NCBI GenBank assembly: GCA_964391455.1
Contig: CAYMJQ010000005.1
Span: 1 to 44,968 of the forward strand
Reading direction: 5' to 3'
DNA length: 44,968 nt
DNA from: an uncultured Candidatus Saccharibacteria bacterium
Lineage (GTDB): Bacteria > Patescibacteriota > Minisyncoccia > Phycocordibacterales > DATDWN01
Translations under genes and position numbers: made by a program
Notes under the pieces: generated by a model
The model's input: the letters and a program-made list of their open reading frames with translations, nothing else
What the model was told of the DNA's origin: nothing
Database searches by the model: none
In this document: positions 20,301-27,707 of the stretch, piece by piece
Layout of the letters: every line of letters begins with the position of its first letter
How positions within the stretch are numbered: position 1 is the stretch's first letter

Positions 20301-21016
20301 CTTCAATAACTAGTTATACTGATGTATCTGTAGAAAATGGGACAACTTATTATTACACCTTGTTCTCTTATGATGATCAAAATGTTTATTCTGATCCAGT
20401 ATTTATAAGTTTTACAGCTGGCTCTAACTCAACTACTACACCAGTAACTCCTCCACAATCAGGTGGAGGAGGTGGCGGAAGTGCACCTGCACCTACACAA
20501 CCAACGAATCCTCCTGTAGTTGGAGGTGGGGTTGCAACTCCTTCAAATCCAACACAACCTTCAACTCCAATAACTGAAGTTCCATCACCAACACTACCAT
20601 CTACTCCAACTGTTAATGTGCCTAAACCAAATCTAACAAGAACAATATATATAGGAGCAAGAGGATCTGATGTAACTGATTTACAAAACTTCTTAATATC
20701 TCTAGGATACTTGCAATCAGGATTAAATACAGGATACTATGGTCCAGCAACAAGAGAGGCTGTACAGAAATATCAATGTAATTATATGCAAATATGTTCT
20801 GGTTCTGAAGAAACTACAGGCTATGGAATGGTTGGACAGAGAACTAGGGCAAGTATTGCTTCTGTTAATATAACTGGAACTGTTACAACCCCTGCAACAC
20901 CACCAACTTCTACCTTAACTCCAGAGAGAAGAGCGGAGATACAGAAACAAATTAATGATCTGTTACTACTAGTACAACAATTACTGATACAATTAAGAGC
21001 TTTACAAGGTAATTAA
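14312..21016 (+). CDS. Giant secreted multidomain surface protein (2234 aa)
   Basis: Signal peptide. FN3-type modules (QAPTTPSNLSAS..INLTWSAS..YRVER). PQQ/BamB-like beta-propeller repeats (GGRIYVATAKGLVVLDAENG, GRVYIGNRDGRFYAIN). SH3b-like segment (LNVRSTPSATGG..GWSVESFL). PG_binding_1-like segment (GSDVTDLQNFLISLGYL..GYYGPATREAVQKYQ). Pro/Thr linkers. Confidence 0.8.
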   Translation: MKFAKFFFVFLFLVSPFSFTEAFVVNHTNLHLFDQIPSEYINAARNLRMMWGDRSVGGNINEGLTCLTYSTDEQAPNHCKRNHTNSLYVSPASELDWSFSSGYLSRPNWTFFFDPGLGVTPEYTCPGYTPSQFDWIGCFNEFVRNNANNYDVFSYQHSYLAVSPGSNITSPTLGYFVNRSNGTDIYDFESLETEFPNKKFFYWTTSLSRGIGSQESTDYNNSMRQFASSRNKVLFDVADIQSHDPYGNPCYDNRDGVQYNTQNNPDDGLNIPAICQHYTSETEGGHLGSVSVGKIRLAKAYWIVMAYMAGWRPDGGSTPPPTPPAGDTQAPTTPSNLSASTVSTSQINLTWSASTDNVGVSGYRVERCQGSGCSNFSQITTPTGTSFSDTGLSQGTIYRYRVRAADSAGNLSSYSSVAEATTQSSPTDTTPPVISNVSVSNITSSGATITWSTNENSTSFVQYGLTTGYGSSANSSGQTSHSVNITGLSSNTIYNFRISATDSSSNNSFSSNQTFTTSQASDTTPPTVSLTSPSSGSTVTGTVTITANATDNVSVAGVQFLLDGVSIGAEDTTSPYSISWNTTTATNGTRTLTARARDNAGNTTTSSGVSVTVSNTVTSPTLTVSKTGTGTGTITGTGINCGSDCTETLASGTSVTLTATASTGSTFTGWSGANCTGTGTCTVTLSANTTVTGNFNTTTLPPSFSGGEDWPTAGANIQRTSNSQANVSTVSGVTWYRPIESYISANTQIITSGGRIYVATAKGLVVLDAENGNLVCRFDTELPVATPTVDNGVVYLPGMDRKLYSLNAVNCNLNWSFVGGAGFSANPLVTSGRVYIGNRDGRFYAINTSNGSQAWSYLTGGPIMESAAFDNGVLYFASMDMYGYALNSSTGSLVWRTPQKLPGDRYAYWWPVVHGNYVIWSGANAYKLGSNPGDQNAPVPGIGFDAYFTSTVSNFAGTFISSSNGSHGWPSGSAVMDTVTGTTPYTLQSWQQTMPAGRVYAVVNKTNGVEPFYLPFMLAGENGDGQVHPPVSDGTNLYVNNLYQGSSQNIPRSTVFAWKDGTTWLRRMTAVSFAVDEPLILSMSNGRIFANLCCDREARTVVPGSPNFWTYGPGMRLSSVLPSGSVSNAYDPMWAFYDGEAFLERLGGYYKGYINSRNGVYNSHGLQNPLVPHAFTNSSGQRVERLFTHRSNAIIAMGPSATKTYLPPVTVNNNPSNIATTLSSSEITARLESEIQKMVNLYLANGTNGFLKPSYMQTGTRAAASATPDDLEYFKLPADTVLALSSAYPYLSPTLRSNVLSYLSAYWQKYFVDNRILRIGYSTGVLREPIAVPPEVLTRMSQINDSTQGISAGTHQRTFYAAWKYAQIVPSQAANIYATVRPMLSYPPPTLDLVRNPALYNDYIAGYQGFINLYDLAGTNPDPNLRAGVETQLNNLLNTRISNFAKDHPWEGSVDNPSGININNYTRRFNCSRNFMYMTPELGSAMRSSAQYSLINTAINEYLYVCPRWFIARDDNTFQEGTTNHIFDSHALFLAKAYVTGDSQANLSKWIDVPWTLGDLYYIQNLTAALSTGGIVAPPPPSDTTPPTVSLTSPSSGSTVTGTVTITANATDNVSVAGVQFLLDGVSIGAEDTTSPYSISWNTTTATNGTRTLTARARDNAGNTTTSSGVSVTVSNTVTSPTLTVSKTGTGTGTITGTGINCGSDCTETLASGTSVTLTATASTGSTFTGWSGANCTGTGTCTVTLSANTTVTGNFNTIGTPTFTTGQRVQTTANLNVRSTPSATGGLLGTQSSGSLGTIVSGPVSADGFIWWNVNYDTGADGWSVESFLNVYTPPTNPNDTTPPVISSINVTNITATSTRITWVTNEPATSRVVYGTSQSYNLSSPLNSTLTTNHEVVLNNLRRRTTYNYQVVSIDASGNVARSSNQTFTTASRLPKTPKVTNVSASSGSIRLSWGVPVDDDSVQYEFFSGTLIMRSTSSFIETPNLSTALVNLPSSITSYTDVSVENGTTYYYTLFSYDDQNVYSDPVFISFTAGSNSTTTPVTPPQSGGGGGGSAPAPTQPTNPPVVGGGVATPSNPTQPSTPITEVPSPTLPSTPTVNVPKPNLTRTIYIGARGSDVTDLQNFLISLGYLQSGLNTGYYGPATREAVQKYQCNYMQICSGSEETTGYGMVGQRTRASIASVNITGTVTTPATPPTSTLTPERRAEIQKQINDLLLLVQQLLIQLRALQGN
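15871..16403 (+). repeat. 533-bp intragenic direct repeat, copy 1
   Basis: Matches 19054..19586 (offset 3183 bp, in frame). I found one mismatch: C at 15883 versus T at 19066. Confidence 0.9.
19054..19586 (+). repeat. 533-bp intragenic direct repeat, copy 2
   Basis: See copy 1. Encodes DTTPPTVSLTSPSSGSTVTG...TVTGNFNT (Ig-like plus Cys-containing module). Confidence 0.9.
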
Positions 21017-21036
21017 AGTTAAAAATATTGTAAAAT

Positions 21037-21064
21037 AAAAACAGCGAGCAAAGTCGCTGTTTTT
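21037..21064 (+). terminator. Rho-independent terminator after the giant gene
   Basis: AAAAACAGCGA-GCAAAG-TCGCTGTTTTT. Confidence 0.75.
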
Positions 21065-21082
21065 ATGCTTTAATGTAGTTCA

Positions 21083-22885
21083 ATGAAAAATATAAGAAAT
21101 TTCAGTATCATAGCCCACATAGACCATGGTAAATCAACATTGGCTGATAGAATGTTGGAAATTACTCATACTATAGAGAAAAGAAAAATGCAGGATCAGG
21201 TTCTGGATTCTATGGAACTTGAAAGAGAGAGGGGTATTACTATAAAAATGCAACCAGTAAGGATGAAATATTCCATAGATGGTTCAGAGTACATTTTAAA
21301 CCTTATTGATACGCCAGGGCATATAGATTTTTCATATGAAGTTTCTCGAGCATTGAAAGCGGTGGAAGGGTCAATATTGTTGGTTGATGCTACACAAGGA
21401 GTTCAAGCCCAGACTTTAACTACTTTAGGTATGGCACGTGATGCGGGACTTAAGATAATCCCTGTAATTTCTAAAATAGACTCACCCTTAGCCAGAGTAG
21501 AAGATGTAAAAGCTGAAGTTATAAAACTTTTAGATTGTAAGGAAGAAGATATCCTAACTGTATCTGGTAGAACAGGTGAGGGAGTAGAGAAATTACTTCA
21601 AGAAATAATAAAAAGAATTCCTGCTCCACATGAGGTAGATAATACAGAGAATTTTAGGTCACTCATTTTTGATTTCAAGTATTCTACACATAAAGGTGTA
21701 ATAGTTTTTGTGCGAGTAATGAACGGTAAGGTTTCAAGAAATGAAAAACTTAATTTTAAAATTTCAGGCAAAATTTTTACTTCTATTGAGGTTGGTATTT
21801 TTTCTCCAGGTGAATTACCCGTCGAGTCTTTGTCTGCGGGTGAAATAGGTTATATTGTCACAGGCATCAAAGAACCCGGCATTGCTTCTGTTGGAGATAC
21901 TGTTTCAAGTGTGAAAGATACATTAGCTCCACTTTCTGGATATATGTCTCCAAGACCAGTTGTTTGGGCCTCTATTTATCCAGAGAGTCAAGATGATTTT
22001 ACTTCACTTAAACAAGCCCTAGGAAAACTAAAATTATCAGACTCATCTTATACATTTGAAGAAGAATCTTCTGGAGTTTTAGGGCGGGGATTTCGTTGTG
22101 GCTTTTTGGGCATGCTTCACTTAGAAATAATCTCTGAAAGACTACATAGAGAGTTTGGTCTAGAGCTTGTAGTAACAATGCCAACTATTACCTATGAAGT
22201 AACATATAGAACTGGTCCGAAACAAGGAAAGACAGAAATAATATACTCACCAGCCCATTTTCCTGATGAGGGACTTTTGTCGGAAATAAAAGAACCTTGG
22301 GTGCATTGCGTTATTATTACTCCGATATCGCACTTGGGTAATCTTATGACAATTTTATACGAACATGAGGCTGAGATAGGCGAATCAGAAAATTTTGGAG
22401 ATGACAGAACTAGATTAGAACTTAAGATGCCCCTTAGAGAACTTATGCGAAACTTTTTTGATAAATTAAAAAGCGTGACATCTGGTTTTGCTTCTATTTC
22501 ATACGAAATAGAAGGTATGCGAAAAGCAGATGTGGTGCGAATGGATATTTTAGTTGCCGATGAAGTCTTACCAGCTTTTTCAAGGGTTGTTTCAAAAAGA
22601 ATAGTAGAAGAAGAAGCAAAAGCAATGGTGGAAAAATTACATTCCCTTTTGCCAAGACAAATGTTTGTTATGAAAGTTCAAGCGAAAGCTCTGGGTAGAA
22701 TAATAGCTTCAGAAACTGTCAAAGCATATAGTAAAGATGTGACTCAACATATGTATGGAGGAGATATCACTAGAAAAATGAAGTTGTGGGAAAAACAAAA
22801 GAAAGGAAAGAAAAAAATGAAAGAGAGAGGAAGGGGTACAGTTGATATACCACAAGATGTATTTTTAAAGATGTTGAGATCGTAG
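21083..22885 (+). CDS. lepA: Translation elongation factor 4 (LepA)
   Basis: IAHIDHGKSTLADR, DTPGHIDF, and the characteristic C-terminal YGGDITRK...LWEKQKKGKKKMK. Confidence 0.95.
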   Translation: MKNIRNFSIIAHIDHGKSTLADRMLEITHTIEKRKMQDQVLDSMELERERGITIKMQPVRMKYSIDGSEYILNLIDTPGHIDFSYEVSRALKAVEGSILLVDATQGVQAQTLTTLGMARDAGLKIIPVISKIDSPLARVEDVKAEVIKLLDCKEEDILTVSGRTGEGVEKLLQEIIKRIPAPHEVDNTENFRSLIFDFKYSTHKGVIVFVRVMNGKVSRNEKLNFKISGKIFTSIEVGIFSPGELPVESLSAGEIGYIVTGIKEPGIASVGDTVSSVKDTLAPLSGYMSPRPVVWASIYPESQDDFTSLKQALGKLKLSDSSYTFEEESSGVLGRGFRCGFLGMLHLEIISERLHREFGLELVVTMPTITYEVTYRTGPKQGKTEIIYSPAHFPDEGLLSEIKEPWVHCVIITPISHLGNLMTILYEHEAEIGESENFGDDRTRLELKMPLRELMRNFFDKLKSVTSGFASISYEIEGMRKADVVRMDILVADEVLPAFSRVVSKRIVEEEAKAMVEKLHSLLPRQMFVMKVQAKALGRIIASETVKAYSKDVTQHMYGGDITRKMKLWEKQKKGKKKMKERGRGTVDIPQDVFLKMLRS

Positions 22886-23060
22886 ATCAGATCTTTTTCC
22901 GAATCTCATCGTTTAAAATTCTCATATTCTCGTCACAGTACTATTGTACGCCTCCTCGTATGCTCAAATTTTATACGCGACCTTCGCAAAAAATCCTCTG
23001 AGCCCAAAATGACTGAGTCATTTTGTCAGGTTTTACAACTAGTGGAATCTTTTTATTTTA

Positions 23061-23210
23061 GAGACTGCGGAGACAATTAGTAATTAAGGACGAACGAAAA
23101 GAAGCCTGAAGCATTGTTTGAGGGTAGTCCCGAGTTTGCGGGAAGGCTCTGGAGTGAGGACATTAATTACTTGATTGTCGAGCGAGAGTAAAATTCTAGC
23201 AAGAATTTAT
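23061..23210 (+). repeat. Two-hairpin G+C-enriched intergenic element, enlarged copy E
   Basis: CTGCGGAG, then a long hairpin (arms 23072-23087 and 23163-23179), then GAGCGAGAG, then a second hairpin AAATTCT-AGCA-AGAATTT. Same layout as the copies at 33555, 37043 and 41061. Confidence 0.5.
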
Positions 23211-23223
23211 GCGTGCTCTAAAA

Positions 23224-23706
23224 TTAAAAGATGTAACGATTTATTGCAAAGTGAGTGAGACCAATGGCTATTGCATCCATCTCATCATCACTTTGGGTTT
23301 TTGAATCAATTTCAATAAGTTTTCTTGTCATATCCATCATTTGTTTTTTTTGTGCTCCACCATATCCTGTAATAGCAATTTTAATTTCATTTGGGCGATA
23401 TTCAAAAATCTGTAATCCTTTAGAAGTTCCTGTATATAAAATAACCCCTCGAGCTTCTGCAACCAACATTGCAGTTTTTTGATTACCAGAAAAAAATAGT
23501 TTTTCTGTGGCCATTTGTTCCGGCTTCCACTTTTTGATTACTTCTTTTATCCTGTCACCAATAAGAGTCAGGCGTTCATGATGGGGAAGTTTGCTAGAAG
23601 TTTTGAAACATTCAGAAAAAAGTAAAACTTCTTTTTCATTTTTGTTTTTTTCTAGTATTGCTATTCCCAGTCTTTCAAACCCTGGATCGATTGATATTAT
23701 TCTCAT
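23224..23706 (-). CDS. ruvC: Holliday junction resolvase RuvC
   Basis: MRIISIDPGFERLGIAILE start and a C-terminal DAIAIGLTH motif. Confidence 0.9.
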   Translation of the reverse strand: MRIISIDPGFERLGIAILEKNKNEKEVLLFSECFKTSSKLPHHERLTLIGDRIKEVIKKWKPEQMATEKLFFSGNQKTAMLVAEARGVILYTGTSKGLQIFEYRPNEIKIAITGYGGAQKKQMMDMTRKLIEIDSKTQSDDEMDAIAIGLTHFAINRYIF

Positions 23707-23851
23707 ATAAGTATTCTAGCATTTCCAAAACTATTCATAATTTGGATGAAATCCGAGGCGAACAAGGAAAATATGACGAGCCTTATAAGTATAAGGTGAG
23801 GAATATTTTACCGAAGTTCAACGAAGGAGTTCGCCAAATTTGAAAGTTTTA

Positions 23852-24379
23852 CTATTCGGCGTTGGTGTAGACATCATTCACTTCATCTGACTCTTCCAAT
23901 TCGTCTATAAGTTTAGAAAGTTTTTCCCCATCTTCTTCAGAAAGGGGAACTGTTGTTGTTGGAATCCAATCTTCTCCTGCGTTATGAGCGAAAGCCCAAG
24001 AAGCTGCACCTATACCAGCCATAGCAAAACCATTTCTTGATAGAATAGTTTTGATTTCTTGGTTAGCTCTATTTTTATTATCTGTAAGTGCTTCTATTAT
24101 CATAGCACAACCTCCTGGACCATATGCTTCATATATTACCACTTCTGATTCTCCAGCGTCTGTAGACTTTTTTATTGCTCTTTCAATACTGTCGTTCGGG
24201 ACATTAAAAGATTTTGCTTTTTCTATAGCAGCTTTAAGCCCAGGAGATGATAAATTTCCATTAGCTTTTTTGGCTTCAACTGAAATCATTTTAACCATTT
24301 TGCCAAAAATTTTTGATTTTTGGGCATCAGTTTTCTCTTTTTGTCTTTTTATTTTTGACCATTTATTGTGTCCTGCCAT
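23852..24379 (-). CDS. yebC: YebC/PmpR-family protein, short form (175 aa)
   Basis: MAGHNKWSKIKRQK, YEAYGPGG.AMIIEALTDNKNR, and C-terminal DDV..VY.N-like EVNDVYTNAE. About 60 aa of the usual middle region appear absent. Confidence 0.8.
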   Translation of the reverse strand: MAGHNKWSKIKRQKEKTDAQKSKIFGKMVKMISVEAKKANGNLSSPGLKAAIEKAKSFNVPNDSIERAIKKSTDAGESEVVIYEAYGPGGCAMIIEALTDNKNRANQEIKTILSRNGFAMAGIGAASWAFAHNAGEDWIPTTTVPLSEEDGEKLSKLIDELEESDEVNDVYTNAE

Positions 24380-24446
24380 ATAAAACTAGAATATAGAATA
24401 ATGATTAAAGAATCAACTAGGTACGCTTATTATCGTAATGAGATGT

Positions 24447-25457
24447 TTATAGTAAACTCTTTGGGGTAAGTCCAAGGTGTTCATATCCTGACGCAGTCAC
24501 AACCCTACCTCTCGGAGTTCTTTCAAGAAAACCAAGTTGGATTAAGTAAGGCTCGTTAAACTCTTCAATCGTGGCTTGCTCTTCTGACATAGCTGCTGCT
24601 AGAGTGTTTAGTCCAACAGGGCCACCGTTAAATTTGTTTATTATGGTGTGTAATATGTCTCGGTCTGCTGGAGTTAGTCCGACTTCATCTATGCCTAATA
24701 GTTTAAGTGATTCATCCACCATATCTTTACTCATATTTTTTTTATGAACTTGTGAAAAATCTCTAGCTCTTTTTAGAAGATAGTTTGCTGTTCTTGGAGT
24801 AAAACGACTTCTTTTGGCTATTTCAGATCCAGCCTCTTTGTCTAAATCTATACCCAATATTCTTGCAGAACGAGTTATTATCTCTCGTATTTCATCATTA
24901 GTATAAAATTCTAGTTTAAAAACTCCTCCAGAGAACCTACTTCTAAGTGGGGAAGATATCATGGCAATACGAGTTGTGGCACCTATTAAAGTAAATGGCG
25001 GAAGTTCTAGTTGTATAGTGCGAGCGCTTGGACCTTTACCTATAATAATATCCAAAGATCCCGATTCCATAGCCGGATATAATACCTCTTCAATTGTTTT
25101 GTTTAATCTGTGTATTTCATCTATAAACAAAATATCTCCAGGAGAAAGATTGGTGAGTATGGAAGCAAGGTCGCCAACTTTCTCTATCGCTGGTCCAGAT
25201 GTCACTTTCATTTGGGCACCTATTTCTTTTGCGATTAAAAATGAAAGAGTCGTTTTCCCAAGTCCAGGAGAACCGTAAAATAGTATGTGTTCTGGAGGGT
25301 GATTTCTTTCTTTCGCTGCGGTTAATAGTATCTGCAAGTTTCTTTTTATGTTTTTTTGCCCAATATAGTCATCCCACTTAGATGGGCGAAGGGTAGTATC
25401 TAAAAATAGAGAATCTGCTGTAGTTTCCGTCTCTTGTGTTAATAATTTTTCTTTCAT
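24447..25457 (-). CDS. ruvB: Holliday junction branch-migration ATPase RuvB
   Basis: Walker A GSPGLGKTT, FIDEIHRL, GATTR, and C-terminal winged-helix block EPYLIQLGFLERTPRGR. Confidence 0.95.
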   Translation of the reverse strand: MKEKLLTQETETTADSLFLDTTLRPSKWDDYIGQKNIKRNLQILLTAAKERNHPPEHILFYGSPGLGKTTLSFLIAKEIGAQMKVTSGPAIEKVGDLASILTNLSPGDILFIDEIHRLNKTIEEVLYPAMESGSLDIIIGKGPSARTIQLELPPFTLIGATTRIAMISSPLRSRFSGGVFKLEFYTNDEIREIITRSARILGIDLDKEAGSEIAKRSRFTPRTANYLLKRARDFSQVHKKNMSKDMVDESLKLLGIDEVGLTPADRDILHTIINKFNGGPVGLNTLAAAMSEEQATIEEFNEPYLIQLGFLERTPRGRVVTASGYEHLGLTPKSLL

Positions 25458-25499
25458 AAGTACTATTATACTATAAAAAATAAGTCAAAATATCTTAGT

Positions 25500-25528
25500 T
25501 GACAAAAAAATTATTATATGCTAAACTG
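25500..25528 (+). promoter_or_regulatory. Candidate sigma70-type promoter firing into the ORF-free spacer
   Basis: TTGACA (25500-25505), 17-nt spacer, TAAACT (25523-25528). A hairpin CTGTCA-GAAG-TGACAG plus T-run follows at 25569-25589. Confidence 0.35.
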
Positions 25529-25591
25529 TTGGTCTAGTTTATTTTCATTGAAATAAGAGATTTATTTCTGTCAGAAGTGACAGTTTTTAAT

Positions 25592-25762
25592 TTTCCAAAA
25601 TATAAATCTCTAAGCAACTAAACATTTTTGTGTTTACGAGGGTTTCCACGAGGACATTCTGGGTATTACCTTGTGTAATATTCTGGAATTATCCTTTGTA
25701 AAACTCTTAGCTTTTGGTATCCATTATTAAAAGTGTTGCTTAGAGATTTATGCTTTGGAAAA
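25592..25762. repeat. 171-bp element bounded by 28-bp inverted repeats (26/28 complementary)
   Basis: TTTTCCAAAATATAAATCTCTAAGCAAC at 25592-25619 pairs with GTTGCTTAGAGATTTATGCTTTGGAAAA at 25735-25762. Confidence 0.8.
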
Positions 25763-25907
25763 AGTTAAACTTTTTCAAACCTCCTACATTCAAGTATAAT
25801 TCTGAAACAGCTTTAGGCAAGTGGATTACTCACTACATCCCATAGAAATGGTGATGTCTAGCAAAAAAATATTTTGCTAAATTTTATTTGTCAAATCTAT
25901 CTTTAGT

Positions 25908-27584
25908 TTATTCTTTTTCTATATCAACGACTCTTCTTAATTCATCTAGGGTGGTTACTCCTTCTAAAACTTTTATTATTCCATCTTGAACTAAAGTTAG
26001 AAGTTTTTGTTTTTTGGCTGCAGTTTTTATACCTCTTTCACTAGGGTTTTCTTTAATTGCATTTTCTATATTTTCGTCCATTATTATCGCTTCGTGTACA
26101 CCAACTCTTCCTTTGTAGCCAATCATATTACATTTGTCACATCCGGTTTCTTTCCAAATATTTGTTAAATTTATATTTTGTAAATATTCTTTATCTTCAA
26201 TTTCTCCAACTATTTTTTCTATTATTTCTTTCTCTTTTCCTTCTAGAGGTATTTGTTTTTTACAATCCTGACATAATTTTCTAACAAGTCTTTGTGCCAT
26301 AGCTAGATTTATAGCAGAGGATATTATTTTTGGATTTATTTCCAAATCAATGAGTCTGGGAAAAGTCCCTGCTGCATTGTTTGTATGTAGAGTAGAGAAT
26401 ACCAAGTGTCCTGTTAACGCGGAGTTTATCGCAATATCTGCGGTTTCACTGTCACGAATTTCACCTACCATGATAATATCCGGATCTTGTCTCAAAGCAC
26501 TTCTAAGTCCCTCTGCAAATCCGTAGTTTTTTTCTTCGTCGGTTTGAGTTTGTACTATCCCTGGTAAGTGATATTCAATAGGATTTTCAATAGTAATTAT
26601 TTTAACTTCTGGAGTGTGAATTTTTTTAAGAAAAGCATATAGGGTGGTTGTTTTACCAGAGCCAGTCGGACCGGTTATGAGTATCATTCCATTCGGCCTT
26701 GTTATTTCGTGAAGTATTACATCAAGCAATTTTTTATTTATTCCTAATTGTTCCAATCCTACAGAAATAGAATTTGGATCAAGCACTCTTAATACAACAG
26801 ATTCTGCATAGGCCCCAGGCAATATTGAAGTACGTATTTCAATTTCACTTGATCTTATTTTTATACTGAATCTTCCATCTTGAGCTCCGCCCACATTTAA
26901 TTTCAGATTGGATATAAGTTTTATTCTAGACAAGAGTAGTTTATAAGTGCTGACATCTAAGTTTAAGATGTCAGTTAGTATTCCATCTAGTCTGTAGCGG
27001 AGTCTTACATAATTTTCTTCTGGTTCTAGGTGAATGTCAGAGGCTTTTGTGGAAAGAGCCCCAGCGATAATAATTTCCATTATTCTTGAAATTCTGTAAC
27101 TTTTTTTCATTACCAAAACTTCATTTATAAGTTTTTGGACATCTGGAATTGTTTGAACTTGCGAAAGAAAATCTGTTATTTGGTCGTTGGAAATATCGAG
27201 CGCTCCAGATTTGGTTTCAAACGAATAAGATAAATCTTTGTATCTCTCCCATACCTTTGCCAGGCTTGCGTGGGAGACCATAAACATTTCCACTGTGTAT
27301 CCTTTAGATTTAATTTTTTCTATAGCTTCTATTGTTTTAGGATTGTTTGGTGAAAGAACCCCAATGCTTACATGTTTGTTTATTTCATCAAATACAGCTA
27401 CTTGTGCTTCTCTGGTTTCTGTTTCTGGGATTATTCTTAAAGCGTCAATATTTATAGGTGTCACAGTAAGGTCTAGATAGGGGACACCAAATTTAGAAGA
27501 CATGATTCTGGTTAAGTCTTCTTCTTCTTGTTTTCTGAAATCTTCAAGCCGTTTATTCTGTTTTTCTTCGTCAAATTGAACCAT
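25908..27584 (-). CDS. pilB: Type IV pilus / type II secretion assembly ATPase (PilB/GspE family)
   Basis: Walker A GPTGSGKTT, Asp box, Walker B IIMVGEIRD, His box, and tetracysteine CQDC...CDKC. Confidence 0.9.
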   Translation of the reverse strand: MVQFDEEKQNKRLEDFRKQEEEDLTRIMSSKFGVPYLDLTVTPINIDALRIIPETETREAQVAVFDEINKHVSIGVLSPNNPKTIEAIEKIKSKGYTVEMFMVSHASLAKVWERYKDLSYSFETKSGALDISNDQITDFLSQVQTIPDVQKLINEVLVMKKSYRISRIMEIIIAGALSTKASDIHLEPEENYVRLRYRLDGILTDILNLDVSTYKLLLSRIKLISNLKLNVGGAQDGRFSIKIRSSEIEIRTSILPGAYAESVVLRVLDPNSISVGLEQLGINKKLLDVILHEITRPNGMILITGPTGSGKTTTLYAFLKKIHTPEVKIITIENPIEYHLPGIVQTQTDEEKNYGFAEGLRSALRQDPDIIMVGEIRDSETADIAINSALTGHLVFSTLHTNNAAGTFPRLIDLEINPKIISSAINLAMAQRLVRKLCQDCKKQIPLEGKEKEIIEKIVGEIEDKEYLQNINLTNIWKETGCDKCNMIGYKGRVGVHEAIIMDENIENAIKENPSERGIKTAAKKQKLLTLVQDGIIKVLEGVTTLDELRRVVDIEKE

Positions 27585-27659
27585 AATTTTTTGTTACTCT
27601 ACAAATAATATCATAGAAAAATCTCAAAAATATGCTTTAAATAAGCTATTATTCACATA

Positions 27660-27688
27660 TTGACAAATTACTTATTTGGGTGTATAAT
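27660..27688 (+). promoter_or_regulatory. Near-consensus sigma70 promoter
   Basis: TTGACA (27660-27665), 17-nt spacer, TATAAT (27683-27688). SD AGGAGG at 27696-27701. Confidence 0.6.
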
Positions 27689-27707
27689 CATAGGTAGGAG
27701 GTGCCAA

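Noticed and set aside
25592-25762. 6S RNA, SRP RNA or tmRNA
   Set aside because: There is no SRP domain IV motif (GGAA tetraloop context), no tRNA-like tmRNA ends and no RNase P core. A 28-bp nearly perfect stem is atypical for 6S RNA. It is kept only as an unclassified inverted-repeat element.
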